A DNA stretch of 63,973 nt, filler included, from Octopus bimaculoides (GCF_001194135.2; 6 parts of 6 records of this genome joined end to end with filler, not necessarily neighbours in it); one strand, 5' to 3'; shown: positions 37,901 to 50,618, counted from the whole stretch's first letter. Notes: generated by a model not told the origin, from the sequence alone. Program-made: numbers and translations.

Positions 37901-39360
37901 TTCTGTCCTTTCTTTTTTTTTTACTTGTTCCATTATTATATTATTATTTTATTATTTTATACTATATTTTTATTTTATTTTATTTTATATTATTATTTTA
38001 TTTTTATATTATTATTTTATATTATTACTTCATTTTTATTATGTTATTTTATTGTATTGTTTTTAACCACCAACTTAACACTACACACTGAATTGTGGCA
38101 AGGTATGGACGGATTCCGGAGTACCGAGAAAATTATGTATAAATATATCAAATTAAGAATTCTACGAGGTATGGTACAATGCAAAATACCAAACGGAACC
38201 TCGCCTCTTATATCTCATCTTTCTTCCTCCTTTAACGCCTATGTGATATAATTCTTGGGAGAGAATACATACATTTGCGGCTGAAGATAGCTTTATATTG
38301 TCAATTATACACTGATGTAACAACTATAAAGCTTGAAACACGTGTACCGCAGAATCCTTTGTGTTTTTGTTTTTGTTTTTGCATTTACAATTTATTCATT
38401 CANNNNNNNNNNNNNNNNNNNNNNNNNNNNNNNNNNNNNNNNNNNNNNNNNNNNNNNNNNNNNNNNNNNNNNNNNNNNNNNNNNNNNNNNNNNNNNNNNN
38501 NNNNNNNNNNNNNNNNNNNNNNNNNNNNNNNNNNNNNNNNNNNNNNNNNNNNNNNNNNNNNNNNNNNNNNNNNNNNNNNNNNNNNNNNNNNNNNNNNNNN
38601 NNNNNNNNNNNNNNNNNNNNNNNNNNNNNNNNNNNNNNNNNNNNNNNNNNNNNNNNNNNNNNNNNNNNNNNNNNNNNNNNNNNNNNNNNNNNNNNNNNNN
38701 NNNNNNNNNNNNNNNNNNNNNNNNNNNNNNNNNNNNNNNNNNNNNNNNNNNNNNNNNNNNNNNNNNNNNNNNNNNNNNNNNNNNNNNNNNNNNNNNNNNN
38801 NNNNNNNNNNNNNNNNNNNNNNNNNNNNNNNNNNNNNNNNNNNNNNNNNNNNNNNNNNNNNNNNNNNNNNNNNNNNNNNNNNNNNNNNNNNNNNNNNNNN
38901 NNNNNNNNNNNNNNNNNNNNNNNNNNNATATATGACGCACTTCTTCAAGGTGTTAGTCCCGAGAACGCACAAAACAGTTCACTACTGCATCATAATTTGG
39001 GCCAGTTAGTAGGTTGATAAATATTCACTCGTGGCCAACAGACATGCATCATTCTCTTCTCTACAACTTTTTTCTCTCTCTCCCTCTCCCTCCTTCTCTC
39101 CCCACCTCTCTCTCTCTCTCTCTCTCTCTAGCTCTAACTCTTCTACAGTTTCTTCTAATCCTATGAACCAGCAAGCTACATCTGCACACGAAAGGCGGAT
39201 ACACATCTTTCTGATACGTGTATTCCATTATATAAACTATAGTTATTTAATTTAATATTTTTACAGCCGTATCCCATTGATGAATGGTTCTTCATCTTCC
39301 AGTTTTAAACGGCAATTTTTACATCGATCCAAAATCATTTTATAGCTAATTTGATAATAT

Positions 39361-39444
39361 TTCTTGTCCGGTCACCGAAGTTAAGCAACGTCGAGCCTAG
39401 TTAGTACTGAGATGGGTGACTGCTTGTAAAAACCTAGGTTCTAT
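39361..39444 (+). pseudogene. 5'-truncated 5S rRNA pseudogene
   Basis: ttcttgtccggtcaccgaagttaagcaacgtcgagcctagttagtactgagatgggtgactgcttgtaaaaacctaggttctata matches the 3' ~85 nt of invertebrate 5S rRNA (box A agttaagc, box C gatgggtgac); first ~33 nt missing and 3' stem mutated. Confidence 0.92.
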
Positions 39445-39470
39445 ATTTAAAAAATCAATAGTTTCTTTCC

Positions 39471-39856
39471 AAAGCGGTAAGCTGGTAGAGTCGATAGCTT
39501 GGCGGACTAAATGCTTAGGGGCATTTCATCCGTCTTTACATTCTGCGTTCAAATTTTACTGAGATTAACTTTGTCTTTCATCTTTTTGGACTCGATAAAA
39601 TTAATACCTGTCAAATACTGGGGTCGACGAGAGCAACATCCCCCTCCCATCAAAAGCTGCTGGCCCTGCGTTAAAATTTGAAAACGAAGGCGGCGAGCTG
39701 GCAGGATCGTTAGTACACCAGATGTCATGCGTTCCGTGTTCAAATTCCTCCGAGGTCGACTTTCGTAGTCGATAAAATAAGTACCAGCTGAACACTTGGG
39801 TCGATGTAATTTGACTTACTCCCCCGAAATTGCCTTGTACCAAAATTTGAAACCAG
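39471..39856 (+). mobile_element. Two tandem family-A SINEs (39471-39685, 39686-39856)
   Basis: Heads aagcggtaagctggtagag and aaggcggcgagctggcaggatcgttag, B-box gttcaaatt, tail aaaatttgaaa. Confidence 0.88.
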
Positions 39857-40112
39857 TCGGCCGCTGACACTCGTTGACGCTGCATCGAAGAGGCCAGCGA
39901 ACAGAAGAAAGAAGACATGCACTCAACACCAGAGCTGAAGACACCTCCGAAAGGAGGGGGTGCCCTGCCACGTCAAAACGGTAGAGGAGTAGGGGCCGAA
40001 ACCGGACGTGGTTCCTCCTGATGATGTCTTGAGCTAACTGGATTCTATAAAGGAGCTGTTGTGGTAGCAGACCACGAAACATGGTTGAAATTCCCCATTA
40101 ACAATATAATAT

Positions 40113-40310
40113 TAAGGCGAACTGGCAAAATCGTTAGCGCTTCGGACAAAATGCTAAGGCGGCATTTCGTTCGTCTTTACGTTCTGAGTTCAAATTCCGC
40201 CGAGGTCAACTTTGCCTTTCATCGTTTCGAGGTTGATGAAATTAGAATCAATTGAATGCTTGTATCGATATATTCGACTTATCCTTCCCTCCAAAATTTC
40301 AGCCATGGGA
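40113..40310 (+). mobile_element. Family-A SINE
   Basis: aaggcgaactggcaaaatcgttagc..ttctgagttcaaattccgccgaggtcaactttgcctttcatc. Confidence 0.9.
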
Positions 40311-40592
40311 CTGGTGTTATTTAAGTTGTGGTTTAGCGTAGGTTAGACCTAAAAGACAACGTTTAAGTTTCAGCTGTGACCATCCCGTTTTTTTTTTTTT
40401 TTAACAGACATAGTTTATATCGAGAAGACTATATTATTCAATGTACGATGCAGCTTTTTAATTCACTTCTTATCTCCTGTTGTGTTTAACAAGGAAAAAC
40501 ACGCACGGCGTGGTCACAGCTTTAGCAAGTTTGATACCATCCATCTTCTGATTGGATGACGGCTTCTTTCAGGGGGAAACAACAACAACAAA

Positions 40593-40640
<48 letters not shown>

Positions 40641-40700
40641 AAGTTGTATCATTTGTAGTACTAGTACTGCTGCTACTGTAATGACCTACTAGAAGAAGAG

Positions 40701-40757
<57 letters not shown>

Positions 40758-40802
40758 CTGCCGCTATTACTACTACTGCTGCTACTACTACTGTTGCTTA
40801 TT

Positions 40803-40833
<31 letters not shown>

Positions 40834-41856
40834 ATAAATGAAGCCCTCGCCTCAGTTAAATTAGTCCTAGATAAACACGTTGTCTGCAAAAGAAATAGAC
40901 AGGATAGTCACAGTTGGAGCATCTTTTTGTCACAGATATGGTGAGTCAGGATTAGTTTATGATTAAGCAACAACAACAACAACGAAAATTACGTATTTAC
41001 AAACTTAAAGAAAAGATTATTACAGTGGATGATATAATCCTTGAAAACTAAAAAAAAAAGATGGGATGGTCATGGCTGGAGTATATTCTGTCATATTCTG
41101 TCAGTTTGGTTTAACCTGCACTGTACGATAACTCAATTAATGCAACTGTCTTTAAATAGGATATTAAATAATATTATCTTAGATATACCATGCGTTTGAT
41201 CCCAAGTGGACTCTGTTAGTGCTGACGTGGAGCTTCAGAAGAACCACAACAACATCAACACCAACAACGGAAATCACACCGACTCGAGAATGACCAGCTG
41301 GTAACAATACCTTTCACCAAACTCTTTTTCCTATTTGAAAAGGAAATCTTTCTCGAAATATTTATAGGATTATTAAAGAACGCATGTAAAATAATGCACC
41401 ATCTTTAATTCTTTATTTTCATGTATTGACATCATTCATATTTGCCTAATTTCTCATCGGCATTGCAGTTTTAGAAACCTAAATTTTCATTCCAGAGCAC
41501 TTTTCAAACTATGATTTAAAAATTCCGTGGGTTACATTTTTAATTTTATCGTACGTCAACAGAATTTCTAAAATAATATAAATTCACGTGATTACAGTAC
41601 ATTAATTNNNNNNNNNNNNNNNNNNNNNNNNNNNNNNNNNNNNNNNNNNNNNNNNNNNNNNNNNNNNNNNNNNNNNNNNNNNNNNNNNNNNNNNNNNNNN
41701 NNNNNNNNNNNNNNNNNNNNNNNNNNNNNNNNNNNNNNNNNNNNNNNNNNNNNNNNNNNNNNNNNNNNNNNNNNNNNNNNNNNNNNNNNNNNNNNNNNNN
41801 NNNNNNNNNNNNNNNNNNNNNNNNNNNNNNNNNNNNNNNNNNATATATATATATAC

Positions 41857-41915
<59 letters not shown>

Positions 41916-43395
41916 TAGGTACGTATGTCTGAATTCTAATTGTACAAACGTCTATTTCATATTTATACTTATATAATAGTGAATTTTGAAATTTATGTAC
42001 AGTAATCACGTAACATAAACGATAGATTATTCTATCAATTTTCATGACAAGAACATCAAAAGATCTCTGTTTATATTCCCTGAGGTGCAGAATCTGGTGA
42101 TATACGGAAACATTTGCAGCATGAAGAACCCGAATACGCTTAGTTTCCTTAGTAAAAATCCTTGCAGATGTACATGAACCACCAAAATTAACATTAAAAA
42201 TTTTATTTGAAAATAACTTTTAGAAATGACTTGTTCAAGTAGTTATAGGTATATATAATACGCAATTACAACAATACTTCTTTTGTGTAAAGCAATTAGC
42301 AGGAAAACGAGTGTCATTAGGGTGGAGTGTGAAAACTCATAACTAATTGTAAGATATTGATGATGTAATTGGCCGGGAAGAAAAAAAGAAAAGAAAGTAT
42401 CAGAGGAAAGTGAAAGGGGCATGAAAGAAGTGTTAGGGAGAGAAGTTTCTATATTTATTACTGAGGAATAATAGATTAGTGTTTATGGTTATGTGAATAA
42501 TTGGTTCAATGAAGACAAAGACACAAAGAGGAGATAAATGTGAGGTAATTCGAATTTTCGGAATGCTGAAGAAGAATGTAAGGAAAAATTAGAAAGTAAG
42601 CAACAGTAATAAAAAGAAGATAAGGGAAAAATGAGAATTATAAGGTGGGTATGCATGCAAGTATGTATGTATATTCACACATTTACATCTACATATATAT
42701 AGAGAGTCAACGGCTATTGAAGAGGCTGCAAGAAGCAACGAAAATTTTAGAAAAAAATAAATAAGTAAATGAGTGGAAATCGAACCGGTGAGAGTGTTAA
42801 TTAATAAGACATTCAAACAGAATCACTCTCCCAATACACAATAAAATATGCTTCAATACACGAATTCACACAAAGAAGTACATACATAACGTAACCACCC
42901 TGGAGCGGGGCCGAAGTGGCCGTCCTATTGTCATTGTATAATTTCCTTACCCATTTTTCATGTGTTTATTGTCCCCGCATGTGTGTGTTGTCCTTTCTGC
43001 GTTTGGCCCCTTGTGGGCAATAAAGAAATTATACATACATACATACACACACACACACATATATATACACACATATATATATACATACATATACACATAT
43101 TTATATACATATGTGTATATATATATATATATATATAAATGCTTACAGATATATATAGATATATATATCTGTATGCATATATATATATATATATATATAN
43201 NNNNNNNNNNNNNNNNNNNNNNNNNNNNNNNNNNNNNNNNNNNTTAATTAATTAANNNNNNNNNNNNNNNNNNNNNNNNNNNNNNNNNNNNNNNNNNNNA
43301 TATATATATATATATATATACACAGATAGAGAGAAAGAGAAAGAGAGAGAGATTTATGTATCCATATAAATATATACGTATACATATAGACATAC

Positions 43396-43448
<53 letters not shown>

Positions 43449-43519
43449 CACACACATTGCCTAAATGAACAAATAAAGTAACAGACGCAATAACAGGCCA
43501 TACCCATTACACATACACA

Positions 43520-43736
43520 TTTTTGTTTCAAATTTTAGCACAAGGCCAGCAATTTCTAGGGGTGAAGTAAGTTGATAACATCGACCCCAGTATTCAACTG
43601 TACTTATTTTATCGATCCCGAAAAGATGAAAGGTATAGTCGGCCTCGGTTGAATTGAAACTCAGAACGTGAAAACGGACGAAATGCTGCGAAGCATTTCA
43701 CTCGGCGTGATAACGATTCCGCCAGCTTGCCGCCTT
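43520..43736 (-). mobile_element. Family-A SINE
   Basis: Reverse complement of the family-A consensus, from the tail aaattttagcacaaggcc to the head gccagcttgccgcctta. Confidence 0.9.
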
Positions 43737-43744
43737 ATACATGG

Positions 43745-44050
43745 TGACATAATGAGACGAATATCTATAAATCCTACAGCACAGAAAAACAAACTATTTC
43801 TTGATACAATGCACCACATTGCATCAGGATGTCCAACATTAATCCCACTTAACATACTTAGGAAAACAATAACGTACCAAAGCCACAATATATACGGTCG
43901 ATCACAAAATTATTCCTACTGCATAGAGAAACGGTTGTATGGTACCCATATGAAAAGACCAATGCGTAAATTCTATGGGACTTTAGCTTATACAAGAACC
44001 GTCAAATGGCACACAATAAAACTGATATCATTTCCATGATAAAAATAACA
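43745..44050 (+). mobile_element. R4/Dong-like LINE C-terminal fragment (CCHC finger and start of REL)
   Basis: DTMHHIASGCPTL (cf. ETxxHIxSGC), then ILWDFSLYKNRQMAHNKTDII (cf. ILWDF..HNxPDI). Confidence 0.8.
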
Positions 44051-44399
44051 ATAGTACATTAATAATCGATATTAATAAATGGGTATGATGCATATAGCAA
44101 TATTAAATGATTATAATATTGTGCAGAAACTCGCTGAAAAGCTAAAGAATTACACTGTCATCGTTATTGAATTAAAATCATTATGACGTTTAATAAATAA
44201 GTTTTATCGTCTTATTTGTAATTGGTACAAACTGGAATGATGTACAACCATTTTTGTAAAGACTGTTCAAGAAGGATAGATAGAGGCAGGTTGTAGAAAA
44301 TGACAATAGGAGGATCTGTAGATATTGTTAGGGTATTGTAATATATATTTTGTTAACCTTGGCTACTTATATCTGAGTGTCACAAGATGAAACTAATTC

Positions 44400-44860
44400 C
44401 ATTTGATGTAATAAAGGAAGCTCTTGATGTAATTCTCAAATGATATTTTATATGAAAGGGATGTGCTTTGCATGAACGGGAAAAAAACTGTAAACGATTT
44501 TATGGAAACAGAAATGCAAGTCTTCGAAAATGACGACGTGAGGCTTTGTGGGACTTTTCTATGCAAACCGTAAGAAGAATTCATCAGAACAGACCGAATA
44601 TTTTAGCCCTCAACAAGAAGAAACTTTAAATTGTAATTGGCGTGGAATACCTATTTGATAACAGAGTAGAGTATTATACCGACTTAAGATATGATATCCA
44701 CAAGTACTGGAACAGAGAAGTTAACAAGATCATGATAGCTTTGAGGAAGATCGATAATAGTGATAAAAATAAACAGAAAATTAATTTAGAAAAAAATTGA
44801 GCTAAGCTTTGGGACCGGTGCAGTGCAGAAAATACGTCTGTTAGGTTCAACAAAAATTAA
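44400..44860 (+). mobile_element. Second R4/Dong-like LINE REL-endonuclease fragment
   Basis: FENDDVRL/WDFSMQTVRRIHQNRPNILALNKKK..YTDLRYDIHKYWNREV. Confidence 0.78.
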
Positions 44861-45639
44861 TCTTTAATACAATGTAAAAACAGATATGTGGAGCAGATAG
44901 ATTAGGTAGCGCAGGAGGTGGGGTGAAGGAACGGTTAAAGGGTTGGGAGATATGCTTTGCGGCATCGCTTCGGTTCTTTGCGTTGTGACAGAAACGCCTG
45001 CGATGACACTGCATCGGCCCAAATCAGAGGCGTTATTCTTGTTTAGATATCGGTGATGTACAAAAGGGAGACTGCGAGCATGAAAGACTGAAAGCATGAG
45101 AGACTGAAAGCATGGGAAACTGCGAGTCATTTCTAAACCAGCTTGACCATACATTTACACGTGCGTGCGCATATGTGTGTGCGGATGTATGATCAAAATT
45201 TATCGATTAGGGCCCTCCAATTTCTAGATGAAGTACAATATGAGTAGTATGTATCTCCACTTTAACGGGGACGTTCTGTTAGAGCAAACTATACTTTGGT
45301 AGTTACTTTGGGAGAAACTTTTATATTGGCTTTTGGTGCTAGCGATATAAACAAGAGGGCATTTTGCACTAAAGGCCAATATGAGGGCTGCTCTCATAGT
45401 GACTACTACAGTATAGTTTGTTCTAACGGAACACCAACGGTTAAATGGGGATAAATATTACCTCTCGGTTTTAATACTTCCTCCGTCACTAATAAATATT
45501 TTTAACATGAGTAGTATTCACGAATCTGTGCAACAGCATTCAATGAAATGGTAACCAGATCAAAGTCAACATCCGAACGGCTACTGAAAAAAAAACATTA
45601 ATTATAAGCAATTAAAGCCAATTAACTAAAATTAATTAA

Positions 45640-46050
45640 AACCAACCTCTTCTCATACGAAGAGGAATCTTTGAAGAAGACTCTTGAACCCATCTTCCGC
45701 TTAGCTTTATCCCATTGAAAAATCCCATCAATTACTCCACTAATGATTCTAAATGCTGTGTTTTTAATACAAACATTTAGGTGAATGGAAACTATTTACA
45801 AAAGACATTGCCAACTGCAGAAACTTCTAAAAATTGTTCGTGCATTCAGCCAAGGTACAAACATGAGTATGAAACTGAAACTAGACATATGTGCTAAAGC
45901 TACTATAAGAAGTATAGTAATTAACAAAGAAGTATAGCAGTTTACTAAAACTTGGAAAATTAAGTAAAACACCAAAATTAAAGAATTACACCAGAACCAG
46001 TGATAGGTTCATAGGAGGAGTAGATAAGATTGGTCAGATACGTCACACAG
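45640..46050 (+). mobile_element. R4/Dong-like LINE reverse-transcriptase fragment
   Basis: RGIFEEDS* (cf. RGIFQGDSLSP), SFIPL, KLFTKD and IVRAFS..LDICAKATI (cf. FGLDKCAKATI). Confidence 0.75.
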
Positions 46051-46103
46051 AAATAAAGAGAAATCTAGAAAGGAGTGCAATGAAAGAGTGAGACTAATAT
46101 TGA

Positions 46104-46420
46104 CTTCAAATTTTAGCACAAGGCCGGAAATTTCAAGATGGTTTAGTCGATTACATCGATAAGTGCCAGCTCAAGTAAGTGCCAGCTCAACTGGCACTTA
46201 CTTTGTCGACCCCTGAAGGATGAAAGGTAAAGTCGACTTCAGCAGATTTTGAACTCAGAACGTAAAGACGGACGAAATGCCACTAAGCATTTTGTTCGGC
46301 ATACTAACGATTCTGCTAGCTCGTTTCTTTAAGAGTGAAGCTAATATTGATTTCAAATTTTGACACAAGGCCAGCAATTTCAAAGGGTGGCGGTAAGTCG
46401 ATTGCATCGACTCTGATACT
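46104..46420 (-). mobile_element. Family-A SINE (46104-46325) plus a partial copy (46345-46420)
   Basis: Reverse complement of the family-A consensus; local 15-nt duplication aagtgccagctcaa. Confidence 0.88.
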
Positions 46421-46439
46421 TTATGAGTACGTATTTTGT

Positions 46440-47402
46440 TGATATAGATACATTCACCAGAGAGGGGAAGGAGTCCACATCACCTTGCCCAGGTCGACTA
46501 GAGCCCTCTTACAGGACTTTTCGTTTCATAAAAAGAAGTCTGGAGGATAATCTTCGTTGCAAGGCCTCTGACATAGCAGAACAAGTTGAAGTCAGTCCCA
46601 GAACAGCTGTCAGGTATCTCCGCAAACTTGGCTACTATGGCAGAGCAGCAAGGAGGAAACCACTTCTTTGACCAGCCAATTTTAAGCGGAGAAAAGATTG
46701 GGCCAGTGAGATGGTGGAGAGACCACTAGCATTTTGAGACACTGTCATATTCTCTGATAAGTCCAGATTTGCAGTATTTTCTGACAGTGGTCGAGTGTGA
46801 ATCTGGGGACTGTGGTCAAGAATTTGACATGAAAAGATTGCAGCCAACAATGAAACATGGCGGTTATTCTATGATGGTCTGGGGAGCGATTTGGAACAAC
46901 GGTGGATCAGAGCTGGTAGAGTGTGCGAGAAACATAAACTCAGATAAATATGTGTACATATTGCAGAAAGAACTCCTTTCCAATCTTCTCTAGTAGTGAA
47001 ATGATTAAAGGATACTCTTTATTTATGGAATATGGGGTTCCTTGTCACACGGCTAAAAAGACCCAAGATTGGTTGGAAGAGAATGATATCAAAAAGCTTC
47101 CATGGCCAAGCCAGCCACCAGATATGAACCCTATTGAACACCTCTGGGGCATAATGGACAGGACACTTCGTTAAACGAACAAGAACGCATGCTCAAAACC
47201 AGATCTTTTGAGATTACTGCATAAAACTTGGCAAGAAATTTAAGAGAATATTAGTAATCTGATGAGTAGTATGTCTAATAGAGTCCTTGCACTGAAAAAT
47301 ACAAGAGATATGTCAACTAGATATTAGGTATTCACCTTATGATAATCATCAGATAATTTGAATGTATTATAAGGGTGTCTATTTACTTCTGTCATGCCTG
47401 TG
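46440..47402 (+). mobile_element. Tc1-type (DD34E) transposon relic, 5'-truncated
   Basis: RYLRKLGYYGRAARRKPLL*, VIFSDKSRF, QPTMKHGGYSMMVWGAI, FMEYGVPCHTAK and WPSQPPDMNPIEHLW; right end gggtgtctatttacttctgtcatgcctgtg followed by TA; stops and frameshifts present. Confidence 0.93.
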
Positions 47403-47655
47403 TATGTAGTTGATAGATTTTTCTATTCTGAACAAAACATCACTCGAAAGGCGAACATGATACTATCAAAGCACAGGGATATTGAAGCTGAAATAATTAA
47501 GTTGTAGAGTAAGTGAAAGCAGTATAAATTATAACTGGAGGACTGGATGTCATAAAGAAAATGAAGAACCACATAAAGACTAAACCATGGTTCACGGTGA
47601 TACATTCTAAAACATAGCCGGCTAGGCATAGACAATTTCCTACGCAAGACTTCAG

Positions 47656-48229
47656 GGATCTATTTTAAAACGAGGGCCACATTTTTCATTAATGTTTTAC
47701 GAAGTGTTTTTGGTACGGAAAGACTTTCAAACTTCGTATACTTATCTATTTTGTGTTATAGAACAGAAAAATATTTTTGTATTCGAATTTATTTCATGTA
47801 AAAAATTGTCTTATTTCGATAATTTCAACCAATCACTGACAAGTATTCAGTTGTTTACATTTACTCCTTTGGCTGATTAAGCGATGTAAAGCGTATTTAA
47901 TCTCCATACCTTCGTTTTATTTGCTTTTTTCATTTTAAATTTGATTTAACCCTAACCCTAACCCTAACCCTAGGGTTAGGGTTAGGGTTAATTGTTTCAG
48001 AATCGTTTGTTTATGTAGTCGGCACTTAATGTATATCGGCTGAATGAACGTCAGTGATTGGTTGAAATTACAGAAATACGACAACTTTAACATGGAATAA
48101 CATCTGGATTTCTTTTTTTTTTAAGAAGACTAAGAGAAAAAGATGTTTTATATGACACATTGTACCAGTGTTCCAAGTTTCAAAGTGTTTCGTTAATGAA
48201 AAACGTGGCCCCCGTTTTAAAAAAGATCC
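47656..48229. mobile_element. 574-bp non-autonomous DNA transposon (Merlin-like MITE) with 39-bp TIRs and 8-bp TSD
   Basis: TIRs 47656-47694 and 48191-48229 (35/39 identical, GG..CC termini); GACTTCAG duplicated at 47648-47655 and 48230-48237; perfect internal 20-bp inverted repeat at 47821-47840 and 48050-48069. Superfamily assignment is inferred. Confidence 0.9.
47946..47991. repeat. Palindrome of telomeric hexamers (AACCCT)4(AGGGTT)3 inside the MITE
   Basis: ttaaccctaaccctaaccctaaccctagggttagggttagggttaa. Confidence 0.97.
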
Positions 48230-48261
48230 GACTTCAGTTCAATAGCACAATTCATTAAATT

Positions 48262-50150
48262 AGTTTCAAATTTTGGCACAAGGCCAGCAATTTTGTGGGA
48301 GGGAGTAAATCGGTTACATCATCCCTAATGTTCAACTGGTACTTATTTTATTGACCCCGAAGGGATTAAAGGCAAAGTCGATCTCGGTGGAATTTGAACT
48401 CAGAACGTAGACGGGGAAAATGCTACTGAGCTTTTTTCCCAGCGTGCTAACAATTCTGCCTGCTCGCTTTCTTCACAGTTCACTAAATTAAAGACAAGAT
48501 AATAATACTCATAATCTAACCTAATTTGCTTCAGAGGTGTAGAAAGGCTCCGATCGATTAGAAAATGTGTGCCCGTAGGGCAGAGTATGTGTACCCTTAG
48601 CATGATAATAATAATGCTTTCAAATTTTGGAATAAGGCAAGCAATTTCGGGAAGGGTAAATCGATTACCCTGGCACTTGTTTTATTATCAACCCAGAAAC
48701 GAATGAAAGACAAAGTCAGCCTTGATGGAATTTGAACTCAGAACATAAAGACAGACGAAATGCCGTCAAGCATTTTACCCGGCGTGCTAACAAATCTGCC
48801 AGCTCACATGACAGCAATAACAGGTGCTTCTAATTTAGATACAAAGTCCAGCGGTTTTAGAGGTGAGTAAGCAACTAAGTACCAGCGACCACGTTACTTG
48901 ACTAGTACTTCATCTATTCGACCTCGGTGGAATGAAAAGCAAAATTGATCTCGGTGAGATTTGAACTCAGAATGTAAAGAGCCGGAATAAACAGTGTTAG
49001 GTATTTTATCCGACAATAACAGTTCTACCAATACACCCCTCTGCCATTAATAATGATAATCATTTCTGACCACCAACATCAGTATTTGACTGGTACTTTG
49101 TTTTGATGATCTCTGAGGAATGAAAAGCAAAGTTGACCTCAGTGGGATTTGAGCTAAGAATGTAGAAGAAATGGAAGAAATACGACAAGGTATTTTGTCC
49201 GATAATCTAACGATTCTGCCAACCCAATTCCATGACGATGATGATGATGATACTTTAGCTACAAGGTTAGTAGTGTTGAGGGGAGGGAGTCAAGTTGATA
49301 CCATCAACCTAACACTTGACTGTTACTTTAGCAACATTTGAGGAATGGGGGTACGGTTGGCCTTGGCGGGGTTTAAATCCAGAATGTAAAGAGTCAGAAT
49401 GATGGCTACATGGCCTTTCGTTCGACTCTATAATGACTCTGGTAGCTCGCCACCCCACAACGTCTACTACAAAAACAAGAACAAAATAATAATGGTAATG
49501 ATAATTATTGTTTCTATTATAGGCACAAGGACTGAAATTTGGTGGGAGGGGAATAGTCGATCACGTCTACTCCGGTACTCGCCTGGTACTTATTTTAACG
49601 ATCCCGAAAGAATGAAAGGCAAAGTTGACTTCGGTGGAATTTGAACTCAGAACGTAAAGAAGGATGAAATTCCGCTAAGCAATTTGACCAGCGTCCTAAC
49701 TGTTCTGCCAGCTTGCTGCCTTAATAATAATGATGGTTTGAAATTTTGGCACAAGGCCAGCAATTTCAGGGAGGCAGTAAGTCGATTGCATCGACCCCAG
49801 AACTCAACTGGTACTTGTTTTATCGACCCCGAAAGAATGAAAGGCAAAGTCGACTTCGATGGAATTTGAATACGGAACGTGAAGACGGACGAAATGTCAC
49901 TAAGCATTTCGTCCGACGTGCTAAAGATTCTGCCAGCTCACCACCTTAATAATGGTTTCACATTTTGGCACAAGTCCAGTAATTTCGGAGAAGGTGGTTA
50001 AGTCGATTACATCGATTCTAATGCTCAATTAGTACTTGTTTTATCGACCCTGAAAGGATGAAAGACAAAGTTCACCTTGGTGGGGTTTGAATTCAGAACG
50101 TAAAGATGGACGAAATACTGTGTGCTAACGATTCTCCCAACTCGCCACCT
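48262..50150 (-). mobile_element. Head-to-tail stack of about 8 family-A SINEs
   Basis: Units begin near 48262, 48620, 48830, 49060, 49250, 49520, 49735 and 49955; all contain ggaatttgaactcagaa or a close variant; several are joined by (TAA)n. Confidence 0.92.
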
Positions 50151-50507
50151 TAATAATAATAATGAAAGTAATCCTTACTCGAAATTGTGTTAATATTACT
50201 TTAGTCAGCAAGACGAAATAAGAAAATCAATCATTTAATCAAAGACTAACATGACGTTCTGTTTGCGAAAGAGTTTACTGCTTACAGCGTCACTAATTTA
50301 TTATTTACTGCTTAACTACAAATGAACAATTATAGAGTAAGTGTGTTTTGCCAGCCAGCTCTATCGCTTTGTTATTGGTTTTCACCGAAAGTGATATAAT
50401 CTTTCATTAAACTTTTCAAAAACCAAAGCTAAATAATATATTATTGAATTGGAAGTGGGAAGTGAGGGCAAGTAGATAAAACGTCACCATTAGTTTGAAT
50501 TAGTAGT

Positions 50508-50509
<2 letters not shown>

Positions 50510-50548
<39 letters not shown>

Positions 50549-50552
50549 AATA

Positions 50553-50616
<64 letters not shown>

Positions 50617-50618
50617 AA
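50510..50618. repeat. (AAAG)n microsatellite
   Basis: Direct observation. Confidence 0.97.

Noticed and set aside
47946-47991. Ancient telomere-telomere fusion site
   Set aside because: Orientation is CCCTAA then TTAGGG, the opposite of an end-to-end fusion, and it lies inside a TIR/TSD-bounded element
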